Assembly: GCA_964016885.1 (NCBI GenBank)
Contig: OZ024746.1
Location: 7,316,001 to 7,380,000, forward strand
DNA length: 64,000 nucleotides
Reading direction: 5' to 3'
Source of the DNA: Eledone cirrhosa
Lineage: Eukaryota
The notes under the pieces were generated by a model. That model was given only the letters and a program-made list of their open reading frames with translations. It ran no database searches and was not told the DNA's origin. This document shows, one piece after another, positions 41,841 through 50,591 of this stretch (positions are counted from its first letter, which is position 1; each line of letters starts with the position of its first letter). Position numbers and translations under genes: made by a program.

Positions 41841-44800
41841 ATATTAACAAATGGAAACTATATTTATAAAACCATATTTATTTCATTATACATATTTCAA
41901 GGGCCACCAAGGCAAACTATGGTGCGCTTTCATCAGATAAAATATAATATAGGTTAGTTTTATAAATATTGACATACCCTGAAAAAATGCAACCATTCTG
42001 GTTGGAATCTCCTGGATAGTATATATATAAACTGGTTAGCCCAACTCACTATCTCTATAATCAAAACTTCCTTTTCCAGAAATCACTGCCCTCCTCCTCA
42101 ATAATTTTAATGGAAGAACTCACTTGCTTTCCATGGAAAAATCTTTAACCTCTTCCAAAATTGCATTTCCTTCCTTCTTTTCATTGATCTCCCAAAGGTG
42201 TAGGGAGTTGTCACTACAAAGGGTGATGAGACGCCCCTAAAATAGATTCACAACAATCACTTTGAAAATGAATAAAACAAAAAGACAACAAAGATATTTA
42301 TAATTTCCTCAATTTTCAGTTTTGTTTTATTTTAAAATCTCACATCTTGTTACTTGTCATGATACACAGCAGTATCAGTGTAACAGGGTCGTCATTGGTC
42401 ACTCAACCTGCTGGAATTAAAGACAAATCTTCCTTAAATCCCACTACATCATCTTAAGGACATAGATAATGTATTCCTATACAGCCCCCAAATTATAGAC
42501 TGGTTGTGGCTAGAATATCTTTGTCAACAGATCTGTTCAATCCAGGTTGATCTGGGTCAATATTTGTCATTGTGGATATATTTTTTTTACCGTATAATCC
42601 AACTGAAGGGAAAGATTGGTTTCAGCTCCCATGGGATCCTGACACCAATCTTTTTCAGTGGGTTTACACGCCCCATTTTTTGACTATATTATAGTAAAAA
42701 ATATTAGTGTAACTTCTATTTCAATTATAAACTTCGCTTCCCGTATTACAAACATACTTCCATATATATATATATATATACCAGAACGGAGGCAGTAAAA
42801 ACCAGTTAGACCATTACTCACCAGAGTACTCAATACTTGGGATAGTAGAATGGGTAATACGAAAAATTTGGGACCCTGACAGCTGGAGCTTAGCTGCCAG
42901 GGCCCTGAATTTTTCATATATATATATATCCACATTGTAAATATGGTTGGTGTTAGGAAGGGCAGCCAACTGTAGAAAACCTGCCAGATAGTCTTATACG
43001 AGTGAGACACAGTCACTCGACCAATCTTACCTCAAATGGGATAATTCCCGTCTAACCCATGCTAGCATGGAAGATAGACATTAAACAACAATGATGATGA
43101 TATAAAACTTTAAAAGATATATATAAAGAGAAAAGAAAAAGACATATATCCAAAGAGATATACCTTTTTCTCCTAAACTTGTATAATTGAACTATTTTAT
43201 TGAGAAACATGATCATTACATATGTATCAATACCTTTACACAGTACATCATCATCATCGTTTAACGTCTATCTTCCCCGCTAGCATGGGTTTGGACGGGA
43301 ATTTTCCCACTTGAGGCAAGATTGGTTGTCTTGCTTGTATAGGACTGTCTGGCGGGTTTTCTACGGCTGGATGCCCTTCCTAACACCAACCATGTTTACA
43401 GTGTGGACTGGGAAGTTACCTACACGGCCACATTACAGTGTGGACTGTGTGTTTTTTTGTCATGACACCTACACGACCTCATTTATTTAGGAATGGATGT
43501 TGTGGTACCAACATATATATAGTACATATATATTGATTTTAAATGGTAATGAACAAAACAAGAAATAAAATGTAAGTGTAAATACCTGTTCAGGTAAAAA
43601 GAAAAGCTGATTAATGGAAACATCTTTCTTATGTTGACCAGCAAATTCAACACCTGGTGCACCATAACTGAAGACATTCGTTAAGAAAAAACGATCTTGG
43701 CAAATATTGAAATATAATTATTTTGTTTTATTTTTTTTTAAAATGTTAACATACATTAAATTTTTTCTTTTTATCTCTATATATATATAAAACTGACGAT
43801 GTCTGACTGTGTGTGAGTTCGAATCCCTAAAACTCGAGAACCACCCAACCGACTGTTTTCAAACTTTACACATGTAATACTTATGTTTCAGGGAGTGTTC
43901 TGAGCAAAAAGAATTTCAAATTTTCAATGCGCTAGGGACCGCATTAGGCGATTTAGCGATCTCGCTCTATAATTCTTAGTCTTTCTCTTTTTAGATAGAT
44001 ACATACTTATAACGTCGTGCCCTTATAATATCTGTCTGTATGTCTGACTGTCTGCATTACATCACTTCCCTGTCTGTGTGTGTGTGTGTCTGTGAGTTTG
44101 AATCCCTAAAATTCGAGAAGTACCCAACTGATTTTTTTCAATCTTTACATATGTATTACTTATGTTTCAGGTAGTGTTATGCACATAAAAAAATTCAACT
44201 TTTTTTATCTCCTAGGGCCCATTAGGTGAAACACTGCGTTTTTTAAACATTTTTAGGGGGTTTTTGAGGCGTTACGTCAGACTGATTTCCTTGAAATTGT
44301 AACTATGCATTAGTCAGTCTCTTCTTCATACCGCAAGCAAAGAAAATCCAACTTTCTTATGGCCTAGGGCCCGCATTAGGTGAAAAACTTCATTTTTTCA
44401 GCTTCTTAGGGCTCTTTGGAGGAGTTACGTCTAGCCTATTTTCCCGAAATTTCAAGGCATATTATGTACATAAAAAAAATTCATTTTCTTGGCCCCGCAT
44501 TAGGTGAAAACCTGCATTTTTCCTGCTTCATTAAGGAAAATCTTAAAGATTATCCAGCCATCAGAGTATTCGGTTTATTTTATTTACATATTGTCCAGGC
44601 ATGCAGTTTTTCCATGATTAAATTTGTTGGCGGCCCGCGTTCCAAAATACCTTATCCCGTGGAATGCCTACTCCACGCCCTCCTATTATTTGGGACCCAA
44701 GAGTACAACTGAAATCGATTTTATAGTGTCACTAGCCACTGCTAGTGACACTATAAAATAGATTTCAGTTGTACTCTTGGGTCCCAAATAATAGGAGGAC

Positions 44801-46309
44801 ATGGAGTAGGGATGGAAAAAAAAAATCAATAATTTTTCTAAGTTGACTTGATTAAAAAAATAATAATCCAGAATTAGTTTAGTTTACATATTGAAACCCC
44901 AACCCATCCTATTTATTTTATAACATGGGATTTCTAGTAATATACTTTTTTCGTCATGTATAATGTATTTTTTATATCTATAGAAAATTGTTGCAGGAAT
45001 GCTACCACTTACAATAAAATTTATTAAGCAGTGTGAGAGGAGGGGGACAATTGAGACTCAAGTGGACACCCATTCTACTCTGGGTAGTAGTCAGCTAAAC
45101 AACAATTAACCTTATACACCCACTTCCCCTGATGTATCTGTTCTACACCATATCTCATCCTTATCTGCAGTGAAGTCATGTAATTTAATGGTTACAGTGT
45201 TCACCTCACAATCATAAGGTTGCGAGTTCAATTCCCAGCTATGCAGTGATACTTTATTTCATGCTGCTCCAGTCAACTCAACTGGCAAAAAAACAAGTTG
45301 TACTACCTGTAATTCAAAGAACCAGCCTTGTCATATATTTGTCATGCTGAATCTCCCTGAGAACTACAATAAGGGTAGACATATTTGTGGTGGAATGTTC
45401 AGCCCCTTTCACACTAATTCCATTGTCCAAACAGCTGCTACCCTTGTCATTAGACAGGTCCAACAATTTATCTGCTACATCCAGCATGTTGACATCCAAT
45501 CTTCCAACTTATTTCAATTTTCATTTTTCACTGACAGCAGTTATCTTCCCTCTATTACAGGTACCACCAGATGATCGGGGCTAGACATTGACATTGTTCT
45601 GGATATATAATTGTAAGGTCACACCTCCCAGACATTACAGGTACCACCTGATGATAGAGGCTTAACATTGTACTCTGGATATATCTATAATCTTGCTTTA
45701 CACCTGACAATTCCAGTCAAACTAAGACAAGACAATAAAATATCCAGGCCAATCAATCATCTTTACCTTTATTTCAAATTGATCTCTCATATATAAAGAC
45801 AAGGATTCTAATTGAGAAAGAAAAGAACATCAATTATGATATCCTGACCTTTATTAAAGGTATGAGAGAGAGGGGTAGAGATAGATAGATAGATAGAGAG
45901 AGTTAGGTAAAGGTAGATGAATGGATAGATAAATATATATATATATATGTGTGTGTGTATAATGGTAGCTATGGTGCTTCCATAGGCGGTATGCCAAAAT
46001 TAGCACTCAATATTCATACAGAGCAGAGTGTGGATAGTATAAAAAAACGAAAATTCAGCGATGCATCTGGACTCAGTTTATTGCGTGTTACAATTGTTTC
46101 GTCGGCAGGTAGCTTGAGACATGTAGTTCGTCCGGAGCAAATTTTCTCACAGAAAATTTGCTCCGGATGAACTGCCCGTGTCCGAAGGAACCTGCAGCCG
46201 TAGAATCAGCCAGATCCCTACAGTGATCATGTCTCGAGCTACCTGCCGACGAAACAATTGTAACACGCAATAAACTGAGTCCAGATGCATCACTGATTTT
46301 TCGTTTTTA

Positions 46310-46357
<48 letters not shown>

Positions 46358-46742
46358 GTAGAGATAGATATAGAAAGAGAGAAAGAAAGAAAAAAACAAA
46401 ATAAACTTGTCAGCAAATAAAACTTACACGAAAAAAAAAAAAATGGTGTCGTTTCCTTACACCCCCCCCCCCCTCCTTTGTAAATTTTCTATTAAAATTC
46501 TAACTTTATGGTCTACCTAACATTTCGTGACACTTCCACGATATTACATTTACTTACACAAAAACGAGGTTTTTTTCAGTTTATGTGAAAGAAAAAAAAA
46601 AAAAAAAAAGAATCAATAAAACAAGAGAAATAAGAAAAGGATACATCTTTAAAATTCCTGTTTTGGTTCCAACTGCAAGTAACTTCAGTTTGGGATCATA
46701 TGCAAGAGCCCTTGGTTGACTGGGAAAACCATGGTCGACACA
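1..46742 (-). CDS. lgl: Lethal(2) giant larvae (Lgl/LLGL) homolog, multi-exon, partial at both ends
   Basis: 16 GT-AG-bounded exons join in frame with matching phases (~755 codons). Lgl hallmarks: [73 protein letters not shown], polybasic [31 protein letters not shown]...AKEIKLRH. The polybasic aPKC motif favours Lgl over tomosyn. Confidence 0.95.
463..673. repeat. Minisatellite, ~39-41-bp unit, ~5 copies
   Basis: gtgtgggtatrgtagatatcaccctctctcacagggtct. Confidence 0.9.
736..923 (-). CDS. lgl: Lgl exon ([10 protein letters not shown]...[32 protein letters not shown])
   Basis: 188 nt, phase 2 to 1, GTAAGT donor, ERQVEARS motif. Confidence 0.9.
1276..1345 (-). ncRNA. Minimal type I hammerhead ribozyme motif within a ~190-bp palindrome (1239-1430)
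   Basis: CUCUAU-CUGACGA-a-[GGAUC-CAGAC...GUCUG-u-GAUCC]-a-GAAA-CC-UUU-GG-UA^AUGGAG; stems I, II and III all pair; A-A mismatch at the base of stem II. Confidence 0.72.
2511..2573 (+). ncRNA. Minimal type I hammerhead ribozyme motif
   Basis: AUUUUAU-CUGAUGA-[AGGcAUACCA...UGGUAUcCCU]-GAAA-UAUGUA-UA^GUGAAAU; very short, near-palindromic stem III. Confidence 0.72.
3668..3895 (+). mobile_element. Degenerate RTE/Expander-like LINE C-terminal fragment
   Basis: Frame reads [16 protein letters not shown]...GRA*TRWLDNI...[24 protein letters not shown], with stops. Confidence 0.65.
4468..7470. repeat. Minisatellite, 24-bp unit, ~125 copies
   Basis: aacctagctgtggtgtttacag(g/a)t. Confidence 0.98.
8222..8452 (-). 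mobile_element. tRNA-derived SINE with Nin/Deu-like domain (family copy)
   Basis: Reverse complement contains gcctttcatc(c)ttacggggt(c)gataaaataaagtaccagt and gagt(t)caaat B box. Confidence 0.75.
8934..9060. repeat. Palindromic element with degenerate hammerhead cores (CTGATGA...GAAACAG) on both strands
   Basis: ~60-bp imperfect arms centred on ggaatacc; stem I does not pair. Confidence 0.5.
9239..10165 (+). mobile_element. Non-autonomous Helitron-like element, copy 1
   Basis: A|TC(TA)nAAA 5' end followed by gtctgt/gt microsatellite; ~300 bp near-identical to 43774-44070. Confidence 0.55.
11137..11163 (-). CDS. lgl: Candidate 27-nt alternative microexon of Lgl (W-ARRNKRMN)
   Basis: tttttcCAG acceptor, GTATGT donor, phase 2-2, frame-preserving, no stop; flanking TGC, ACTAAC and TGCATG motifs. 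Confidence 0.55.
11556..11830 (+). mobile_element. tRNA-derived SINE
   Basis: A box TGGCCTAGTGG, B box GGTTCGATTCC, central ctcagctgaaaatgagtacc block; related heads near 27695, 28645, 45170 (+) and 3060-3215 (-). Confidence 0.75.
12908..13040 (-). CDS. lgl: Lgl polybasic/aPKC-site exon ([43 protein letters not shown])
   Basis: 133 nt, phase 1 to 2. The donor GTAGCT is weak, but read-through hits TAG immediately. Confidence 0.88.
13414..18755. repeat. Compound satellite gtagta(a/g)cagttgttatatgtc(at)n, interrupted by a LINE
   Basis: Constant core with a variable (TA)n spacer. Confidence 0.97.
16945..17898 (-). mobile_element. 5'-truncated RTE-clade LINE (ORF2 C-terminus + 3'UTR + (GAT)n tail) inserted in a satellite
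   Basis: Open frame [15 protein letters not shown]...MLHGSETW...[12 protein letters not shown]...GRPRKSW; (GAT)n tail at 16945-16958. Confidence 0.9.
18761..19858. repeat. Minisatellite, 39-bp unit, ~28 copies
   Basis: tgttacaaacatgtgactgttactccaaagatcctttgg. Confidence 0.97.
19980..20068 (-). CDS. lgl: Lgl exon ([29 protein letters not shown])
   Basis: 89 nt, phase 2 to 1. Confidence 0.92.
20521..20849 (-). CDS. lgl: Lgl exon ([22 protein letters not shown]...FVWKGHEAL...SEWQL)
   Basis: 329 nt, phase 0 to 2, GTGAGT donor; overlaps ORF 20517..20771. Confidence 0.94.
21257..25145. repeat. Minisatellite, 40/37-bp unit, ~100 copies, with higher-order duplications
   Basis: ctctctacaatatattttataccaacaacactgtttaaat. 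Confidence 0.97.
25553..25880. repeat. Minisatellite, 48-bp unit, ~7 copies
   Basis: ttttattgtgtcaccagcactaccactttacagtgagggctgggtaca. Confidence 0.93.
25930..26185 (+). mobile_element. Degenerate CRE-like non-LTR retrotransposon C-terminal (restriction-like endonuclease) fragment
   Basis: [15 protein letters not shown]...[25 protein letters not shown], then after a frameshift [22 protein letters not shown]; resembles the RKxxKY...VETxG...QRLSLAIQRGN signature. Confidence 0.55.
26620..26870 (-). mobile_element. Degenerate RTE LINE 3' fragment
   Basis: Homologous to 32634-32985 (catccatgcacatcacatg, ttcttggtcttcctc, gcatgggttgaacggg). Confidence 0.6.
27021..27493. repeat. Minisatellite, 53-bp unit, ~9 copies
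   Basis: ttcttccagacagtctgaggttgtaccattgagggtagcaatggtgtaggtag. Confidence 0.96.
27826..27979 (-). CDS. lgl: Lgl exon ([16 protein letters not shown]...EEWPPFKK)
   Basis: 154 nt, phase 2 to 0. Confidence 0.93.
29797..30017. mobile_element. Inverted-repeat element (~45-bp arms) with a degenerate CTGACGA core
   Basis: tggtaagatgaaggtaaccaaaaagttacctggtaa versus ttactaggtaactttttcgttaccttcaccttacca. Confidence 0.45.
30085..30152 (-). CDS. lgl: Lgl exon ([23 protein letters not shown])
   Basis: 68 nt, phase 0 to 2, WPIDGG motif. Confidence 0.92.
30261..30465 (-). mobile_element. SINE, same family as 8222-8452
   Basis: Shares ctggtactttattttatcgaccccgtaaggatgaaaggcaaag. Confidence 0.75.
30567..30720. 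repeat. Imperfect palindrome (~70-bp arms)
   Basis: gactataatatagtctaataat...ctgaaaggaataagatgg versus ccatgttattccattcag...attattagactatatta. Confidence 0.55.
31336..31553 (-). CDS. lgl: Lgl exon ([21 protein letters not shown]...[13 protein letters not shown]...FSNR)
   Basis: 218 nt, phase 1 to 0; overlaps ORF 31306..31578. Confidence 0.93.
32634..32985 (-). mobile_element. Degenerate RTE LINE 3' fragment
   Basis: Reverse strand reads [12 protein letters not shown]...[11 protein letters not shown]...[18 protein letters not shown]; (GAT)n tail. Confidence 0.75.
33132..33304 (-). CDS. lgl: Lgl exon ([41 protein letters not shown]...ENGRQ)
   Basis: 173 nt, phase 2 to 1; overlaps ORF 33115..33375. 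Confidence 0.93.
33410..33732 (+). mobile_element. Degenerate Ingi/I-group LINE 3' end
   Basis: [15 protein letters not shown]...[26 protein letters not shown]...WLTNLHL zinc-knuckle-like C-terminus followed by an A-rich tail. Confidence 0.6.
34130..34181 (-). CDS. lgl: Lgl exon ([18 protein letters not shown])
   Basis: 52 nt, phase 1 to 2, start of the LLGL2-type domain. Confidence 0.92.
34341..35886. repeat. Minisatellite, 23/21-bp unit
   Basis: cagtgtcagacactacaccacca. Confidence 0.97.
35928..36110 (-). mobile_element. SINE, same family
   Basis: Same core; a second copy at 36425-36615 brackets the Lgl exon. Confidence 0.75.
36138..36348 (-). CDS. lgl: Lgl exon ([16 protein letters not shown]...[25 protein letters not shown]...TTPY)
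   Basis: 211 nt, phase 0 to 1, GTAAGT donor. Confidence 0.93.
36425..36615 (-). mobile_element. SINE, same family
   Basis: Same core sequence. Confidence 0.75.
36890..37235. repeat. GA-rich low-complexity tract
   Basis: (GA)n / gggtgcgagagaaggagagcgaga repeats. Confidence 0.85.
37398..37467 (-). CDS. lgl: Lgl exon ([23 protein letters not shown])
   Basis: 70 nt, phase 2 to 0, PGAVE motif. Confidence 0.9.
38762..39055. repeat. Minisatellite, ~30-bp unit
   Basis: actggtctaacccatgctgtactagagggg. Confidence 0.92.
39530..40296. repeat. Minisatellite, ~24-26-bp unit
   Basis: tatatataccc(a/t)gtctaaaacatc. Confidence 0.95.
40748..40894 (-). CDS. lgl: Lgl exon ([48 protein letters not shown])
   Basis: 147 nt, phase 2 to 2, GTEGGNI motif. 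Confidence 0.92.
41012..41212. mobile_element. Mariner-type MITE
   Basis: TA-flanked ~30-bp TIRs cgaagttcagctgaaaagttcataggccgac / ggtcagcctatgaactttttagccgaccctca. Confidence 0.75.
41880..41943 (-). ncRNA. Minimal type I hammerhead motif, same family as 2511-2573
   Basis: AUUUUAU-CUGAUGA-[AAGcgCACCA...UGGUGgcCCUU]-GAAA-UAUGUA-UA^AUGAAAU; flanks (~41840-41980) homologous to ~2470-2615. Confidence 0.68.
42124..42236 (-). CDS. lgl: Lgl exon ([37 protein letters not shown])
   Basis: 113 nt, tttTAG acceptor, GTGAGT donor, WD40-like DNSLHLW. Confidence 0.92.
43246..43510 (-). mobile_element. RTE-LINE 3'UTR-only copy or LINE-tail SINE
   Basis: Near-identical to 16945-17220; related copies at 13189-13382, 54125-54533 (+), 37518-37790 (-), 39070-39435, 42930-43100. 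Confidence 0.7.
43586..43667 (-). CDS. lgl: Lgl exon ([27 protein letters not shown])
   Basis: 82 nt, phase 2 to 0, AG/GT boundaries, Lgl motif. Confidence 0.93.
43774..44745 (+). mobile_element. Non-autonomous Helitron-like element, copy 2, with internal duplications
   Basis: A|TC 5' end, repeated ttatgtttcagggagtgtt blocks, possible 3' CTAG|T at 44742-44746. Confidence 0.55.
46033..46316. mobile_element. Long inverted-repeat element (~90-bp arms, internal hairpin) with a hammerhead-like core; Penelope-like relic or MITE
   Basis: Arms 46033-46123 and 46228-46316; internal hairpin agttcgtccggagcaaattttct-cac-agaaaatttgctccggatgaact; CGTGT-CCGAAGG...GAAACAATTGTA-ACACG. Confidence 0.55.
46645..46742 (-). 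CDS. lgl: Lgl exon ([33 protein letters not shown])
   Basis: ttttgttacAG acceptor; donor GTATCCTTTT; 98 nt, phase 0 to 2. Confidence 0.93.
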
Positions 46743-48905
46743 CTGTAACAAAATAAAACATCCATTAGAAATAGTCTTATTTGAGAATAGTATTATATTA
46801 AAAGATAAACAGCAGTGGAATGGCAGAATTGGTAGAGCAGCATTTAAAGTGACAATAATGGCCCTTTATATCCTGAGTTCAAATCACACCGAGGTTAATT
46901 TTACCTGTCATCCTTTCAGGGGTCAATTTAACTAAGTTTCCCTTCTCCCTTTTTAAAAATTGTTGACCTTGTGTCTAAACTAGAAACCATTAAGTCAACT
47001 CTTTAATTACCATATTTCTAATGAAAAACACTTCCTATGTTTCAATTCATTAAAAAAAATTAAAAAAAAAAAAAAAAAAAATCAAGAATTTGGAAGAATT
47101 AAGTAATTAAGTACTGTAATTTTTTTCATTATTTATCTGGTATTTGGAACAGAAAGATTCTTATATAAAGACATGGAAGGTTTTTAGTTCATTCTAAACA
47201 CTTTAAAACAACTTTATGTTAGAGAACCAGAGACAGGTTTCATGCAGTTGGATATTGAAAGAGTTAAAAGAAACAAAAGAAACAAACTCTAAAAATATCT
47301 AGCCATTGTGTCAAGATTTCTCTTATAATTCCATACATCCTGTGTTATTTTAGTGGAACAACAACCATTGTAGCTCTGGTGACAGTAGTAGAACAAGGTC
47401 TCAAGACAAGAGGAAGAAAGATTTTGTGTAAAATATTAAAAAATGGCAAATTACATGCATTCAATGTTATAAATAGGAGACAAGAATGAGTTAATATAGG
47501 GAGAAGGGTATATTAACCCTTTTGTTACCATACATTGTATTTCAATTAATTAATGAAAAATTTGGACAGTTAATCTTTCATTTCATTATCATGAAATTTG
47601 CCTTTCATCCATTCAAGGTTGATTATAAAAAAAGTACATCAATGTTGCCTTTCATATTTTTGAGGTCGATAAAAAAGTACCAGTTTAATACTGGGTTGAT
47701 AATTTCTCTATATCTCTTTCGCACTTCTATTCTCTCTCACTATCCTTCTCAGGAAGAAATCTACTGTACCCAGGCCTGGAGAGGAGATGGACTGTTAGGT
47801 TTAAACATGTTCGAGAAACACCTTATGTTAATATAGTGTCCCTACAACTCAGGACTTACACATTTGTAACATAGTAAAAGCTTCTTAAAAGGCTTTAATT
47901 TATATAGGAACCCTTTAAAATGGCTGGTTTTGTTTAATAGTACATGAGGCAGTTTAGGTGGGTTGGTACCAAAAGGGTTAATAATAAGGGTTTTAATCGG
48001 ATTATATTTTGGCCCAAGTCAATGAAATTATTTCTCTTTTCTTGTTTACATTTAGCTGAACTTATCCACAACATAACATTAAGTCTCTTAGTTGGGATAA
48101 AGATTAAACCAGTGTTAGTTTCCACACCTCCCTCCTCTCTCACACACCTCTACAGTTAATGTTAAAGATCTTCTCTAGACACTTTTCAAGTCACAGCTTG
48201 TCTCAGTTTCATCTGATGTTAAGTGACAGAGTACAAGACTCTCTCCCTCCTCTTGTCATGGATGGGACAGCTGGACAGCTGGATGGACTGGAACAACATG
48301 AAACAAAGTACCTTGCTCAAGAACAATATGTACCAGGAGTTCAATCAAGGACAATATATATCAATCAGTCTGGTAATTGAATCCATGGTTTTATGATCAG
48401 GAGCCCAACACTCAACAACTTATTCTCCAAAACCTGTATTTTTGAAGCCTAATATCTTAACACGTTTTTAACATTTAGTCCACATGTTTGTAACATTTAG
48501 GAGTTGAAATTATCAAAGAACTCAGCTGTGAATTAAAACCATAGAGAGCTGCTTATAATAGTGTAAAAAAATACCCCCCCACAACAGCAGCAGCAAAAAC
48601 CCCAGCCCAGCCTGAGGTGTTAGAACACAAATGATAGGAAATGAAAGAACTACCAAAGGAAATTACCAAAGATAAACTAAATTTAGCAATGGAAGTGAGA
48701 AACTAAAACAAGCTTTACAACAATTTGATAAAGATCTTCATATTCAACTATCTTGTCTCTTTAAAAACATCTGGACTCTTTAATTCCCAATAATGTTTAG
48801 CTTAAGTCAAACAGCAACATCTTTCTAAGTACTCACATGTAGACTTACACTGTATTTCTTTCTACACAGAAAGAATCCCTTTGTTGTCATTGCAGAAAAA
48901 GTCAT

Positions 48906-49016
<111 letters not shown>

Positions 49017-49397
49017 TATGTATATATCAAATCAGTTTACACAAAACCTATTCAGTAAGTAATATTAACTGTGAGAACTGGATAATTTGTTTGAATTCAC
49101 AACAGTAAATGGTCAAGATTTGTTACTGAGAGTAGGGTACTTTTAAAAGCCATAAGTTGTCAGAAACCCAGTTTATAGGTAACTAGCAGGTTTTTAACAG
49201 CTATTATTTCTGAACAACATTGAGAGATGTCGAAATTAGTAGTGTGAGTGGATAAGGATCATTACAATACATTTTTGTGTGAGGTTCATTGGCTGTGAGG
49301 CTAAAGTGCTGAACTATAATGACAGGCTAGAAAGAGTAGTCAAATCTATCTTTAACATTTTAAATGCAGTTCTAGATAACTCTAGAATGACCTGGTG

Positions 49398-49960
49398 TTA
49401 ATCCTTTCATTACCATATTTCTAATGAAAGACACTGTCTATGTCATTAATCCTTTCATTACCATATTTCTAATGAAAGACACTGTCTATGTCACTAACCC
49501 TTTCATTACCATATTTCTAATGAAAGACACTGTCTATGTCATTAACCCTTTCATTACCATATTTCTAATGAAAGACACTGTCTATGTCATTAACCCTTTC
49601 ATTACCATATTTCTAATGAAAGACACTGTCTATGTCATTAACCCTTTCATTACCATATTTCTAATGAAAGACACTGTCTATGTCATTAACCCTTTCATTA
49701 CCATATTTCTAATGAAAGACACTGTCTATGTCATTAAGCCTTTCATTACCATATTTCTAATGAAAGACACTGTCTATGTCATTAACCCTTTCATTACCAT
49801 ATTTCTAATGAAAGACACTGTCTATGTCATTAACCCTTTCATTACCATATTTCTAATGAAAGACACTGTCTATGTCATTAACCCTTTCATTACCATATTT
49901 CTAATGAAAGACACTGTCTATGTCATTAACCCTTTCATTACCATATTTCTAATGAAAGAC
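49398..49960. repeat. Minisatellite, 48-bp unit, ~12 copies
   Basis: ttaaccctttcattaccatatttctaatgaaagacactgtctatgtca. Confidence 0.97.
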
Positions 49961-50392
49961 TGCTAAACATTTTCAAATAACTTAAAATAAACAAGAATTT
50001 GGAGGGATTTAGTAATATAATTTTCTCATAAAGCTGGTGTTTGGAACATAACTTAACAAAGGTTCTTACATATAATTATGAGAGTAGGGAGGAAAAACAG
50101 ATGTGAAATACTTTAAAATAAACAGCTTTAAATGATAAAATCAGGGGCAGTTTCAGGCAGGTTAAAATCAAAATAAACATATGGCTAGTTGAATCCTACG
50201 TACTCCTCCTCCTCAGTTCACATATATGGATGGTTTGGTCCCGTAACTCCTGAGGGAGTCATAGGAGTGCCATATTGACATATGGTGTTTCTAGGGCATT
50301 TTAAAACTTGGTGGAGCCCATTTCCTCCCCAAGTCTGAATACAGCAGATTTCTTCCCGAGAGGGATATAGAGAGTGGTAGAAAGAGATTTAA

Positions 50393-50591
50393 CCCTTTAG
50401 GATTTACATTACTCTATACATAGTATTGTATTTTGTGGTAAAGGCTTTATCTCACATATATCACATATCGAATCTACAAGATTTTGATGTTATTTATTTT
50501 AAGAACAATACCTTAACATCAGTATAAGCGGCCAGAACAGAGAGAGGTGAGAGAATTCTGGCCGGATATGGCCGGTTTAAATGCTAAAGGG
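50393..50591. mobile_element. piggyBac-type MITE, same family as 52917-53124
   Basis: TTAA-CCCTTTAGGATTTA...TAAATGCTAAAGGG-ATAA; internal sequence homologous. Confidence 0.75.

Larger units (their letters stand above)
43668..46644 (-). other. U12-type (minor spliceosome) GT-AG intron
   Basis: 5' splice site GTATCCTTTT. Branch site TTTTTCTTAAC (43680-43690) lies ~13 nt before the CAG, with no polypyrimidine tract. Confidence 0.88.

Noticed and set aside
1-46742. Tomosyn (STXBP5) identity
   Set aside because: [18 protein letters not shown] and the [13 protein letters not shown] aPKC motif fit Lgl rather than tomosyn.
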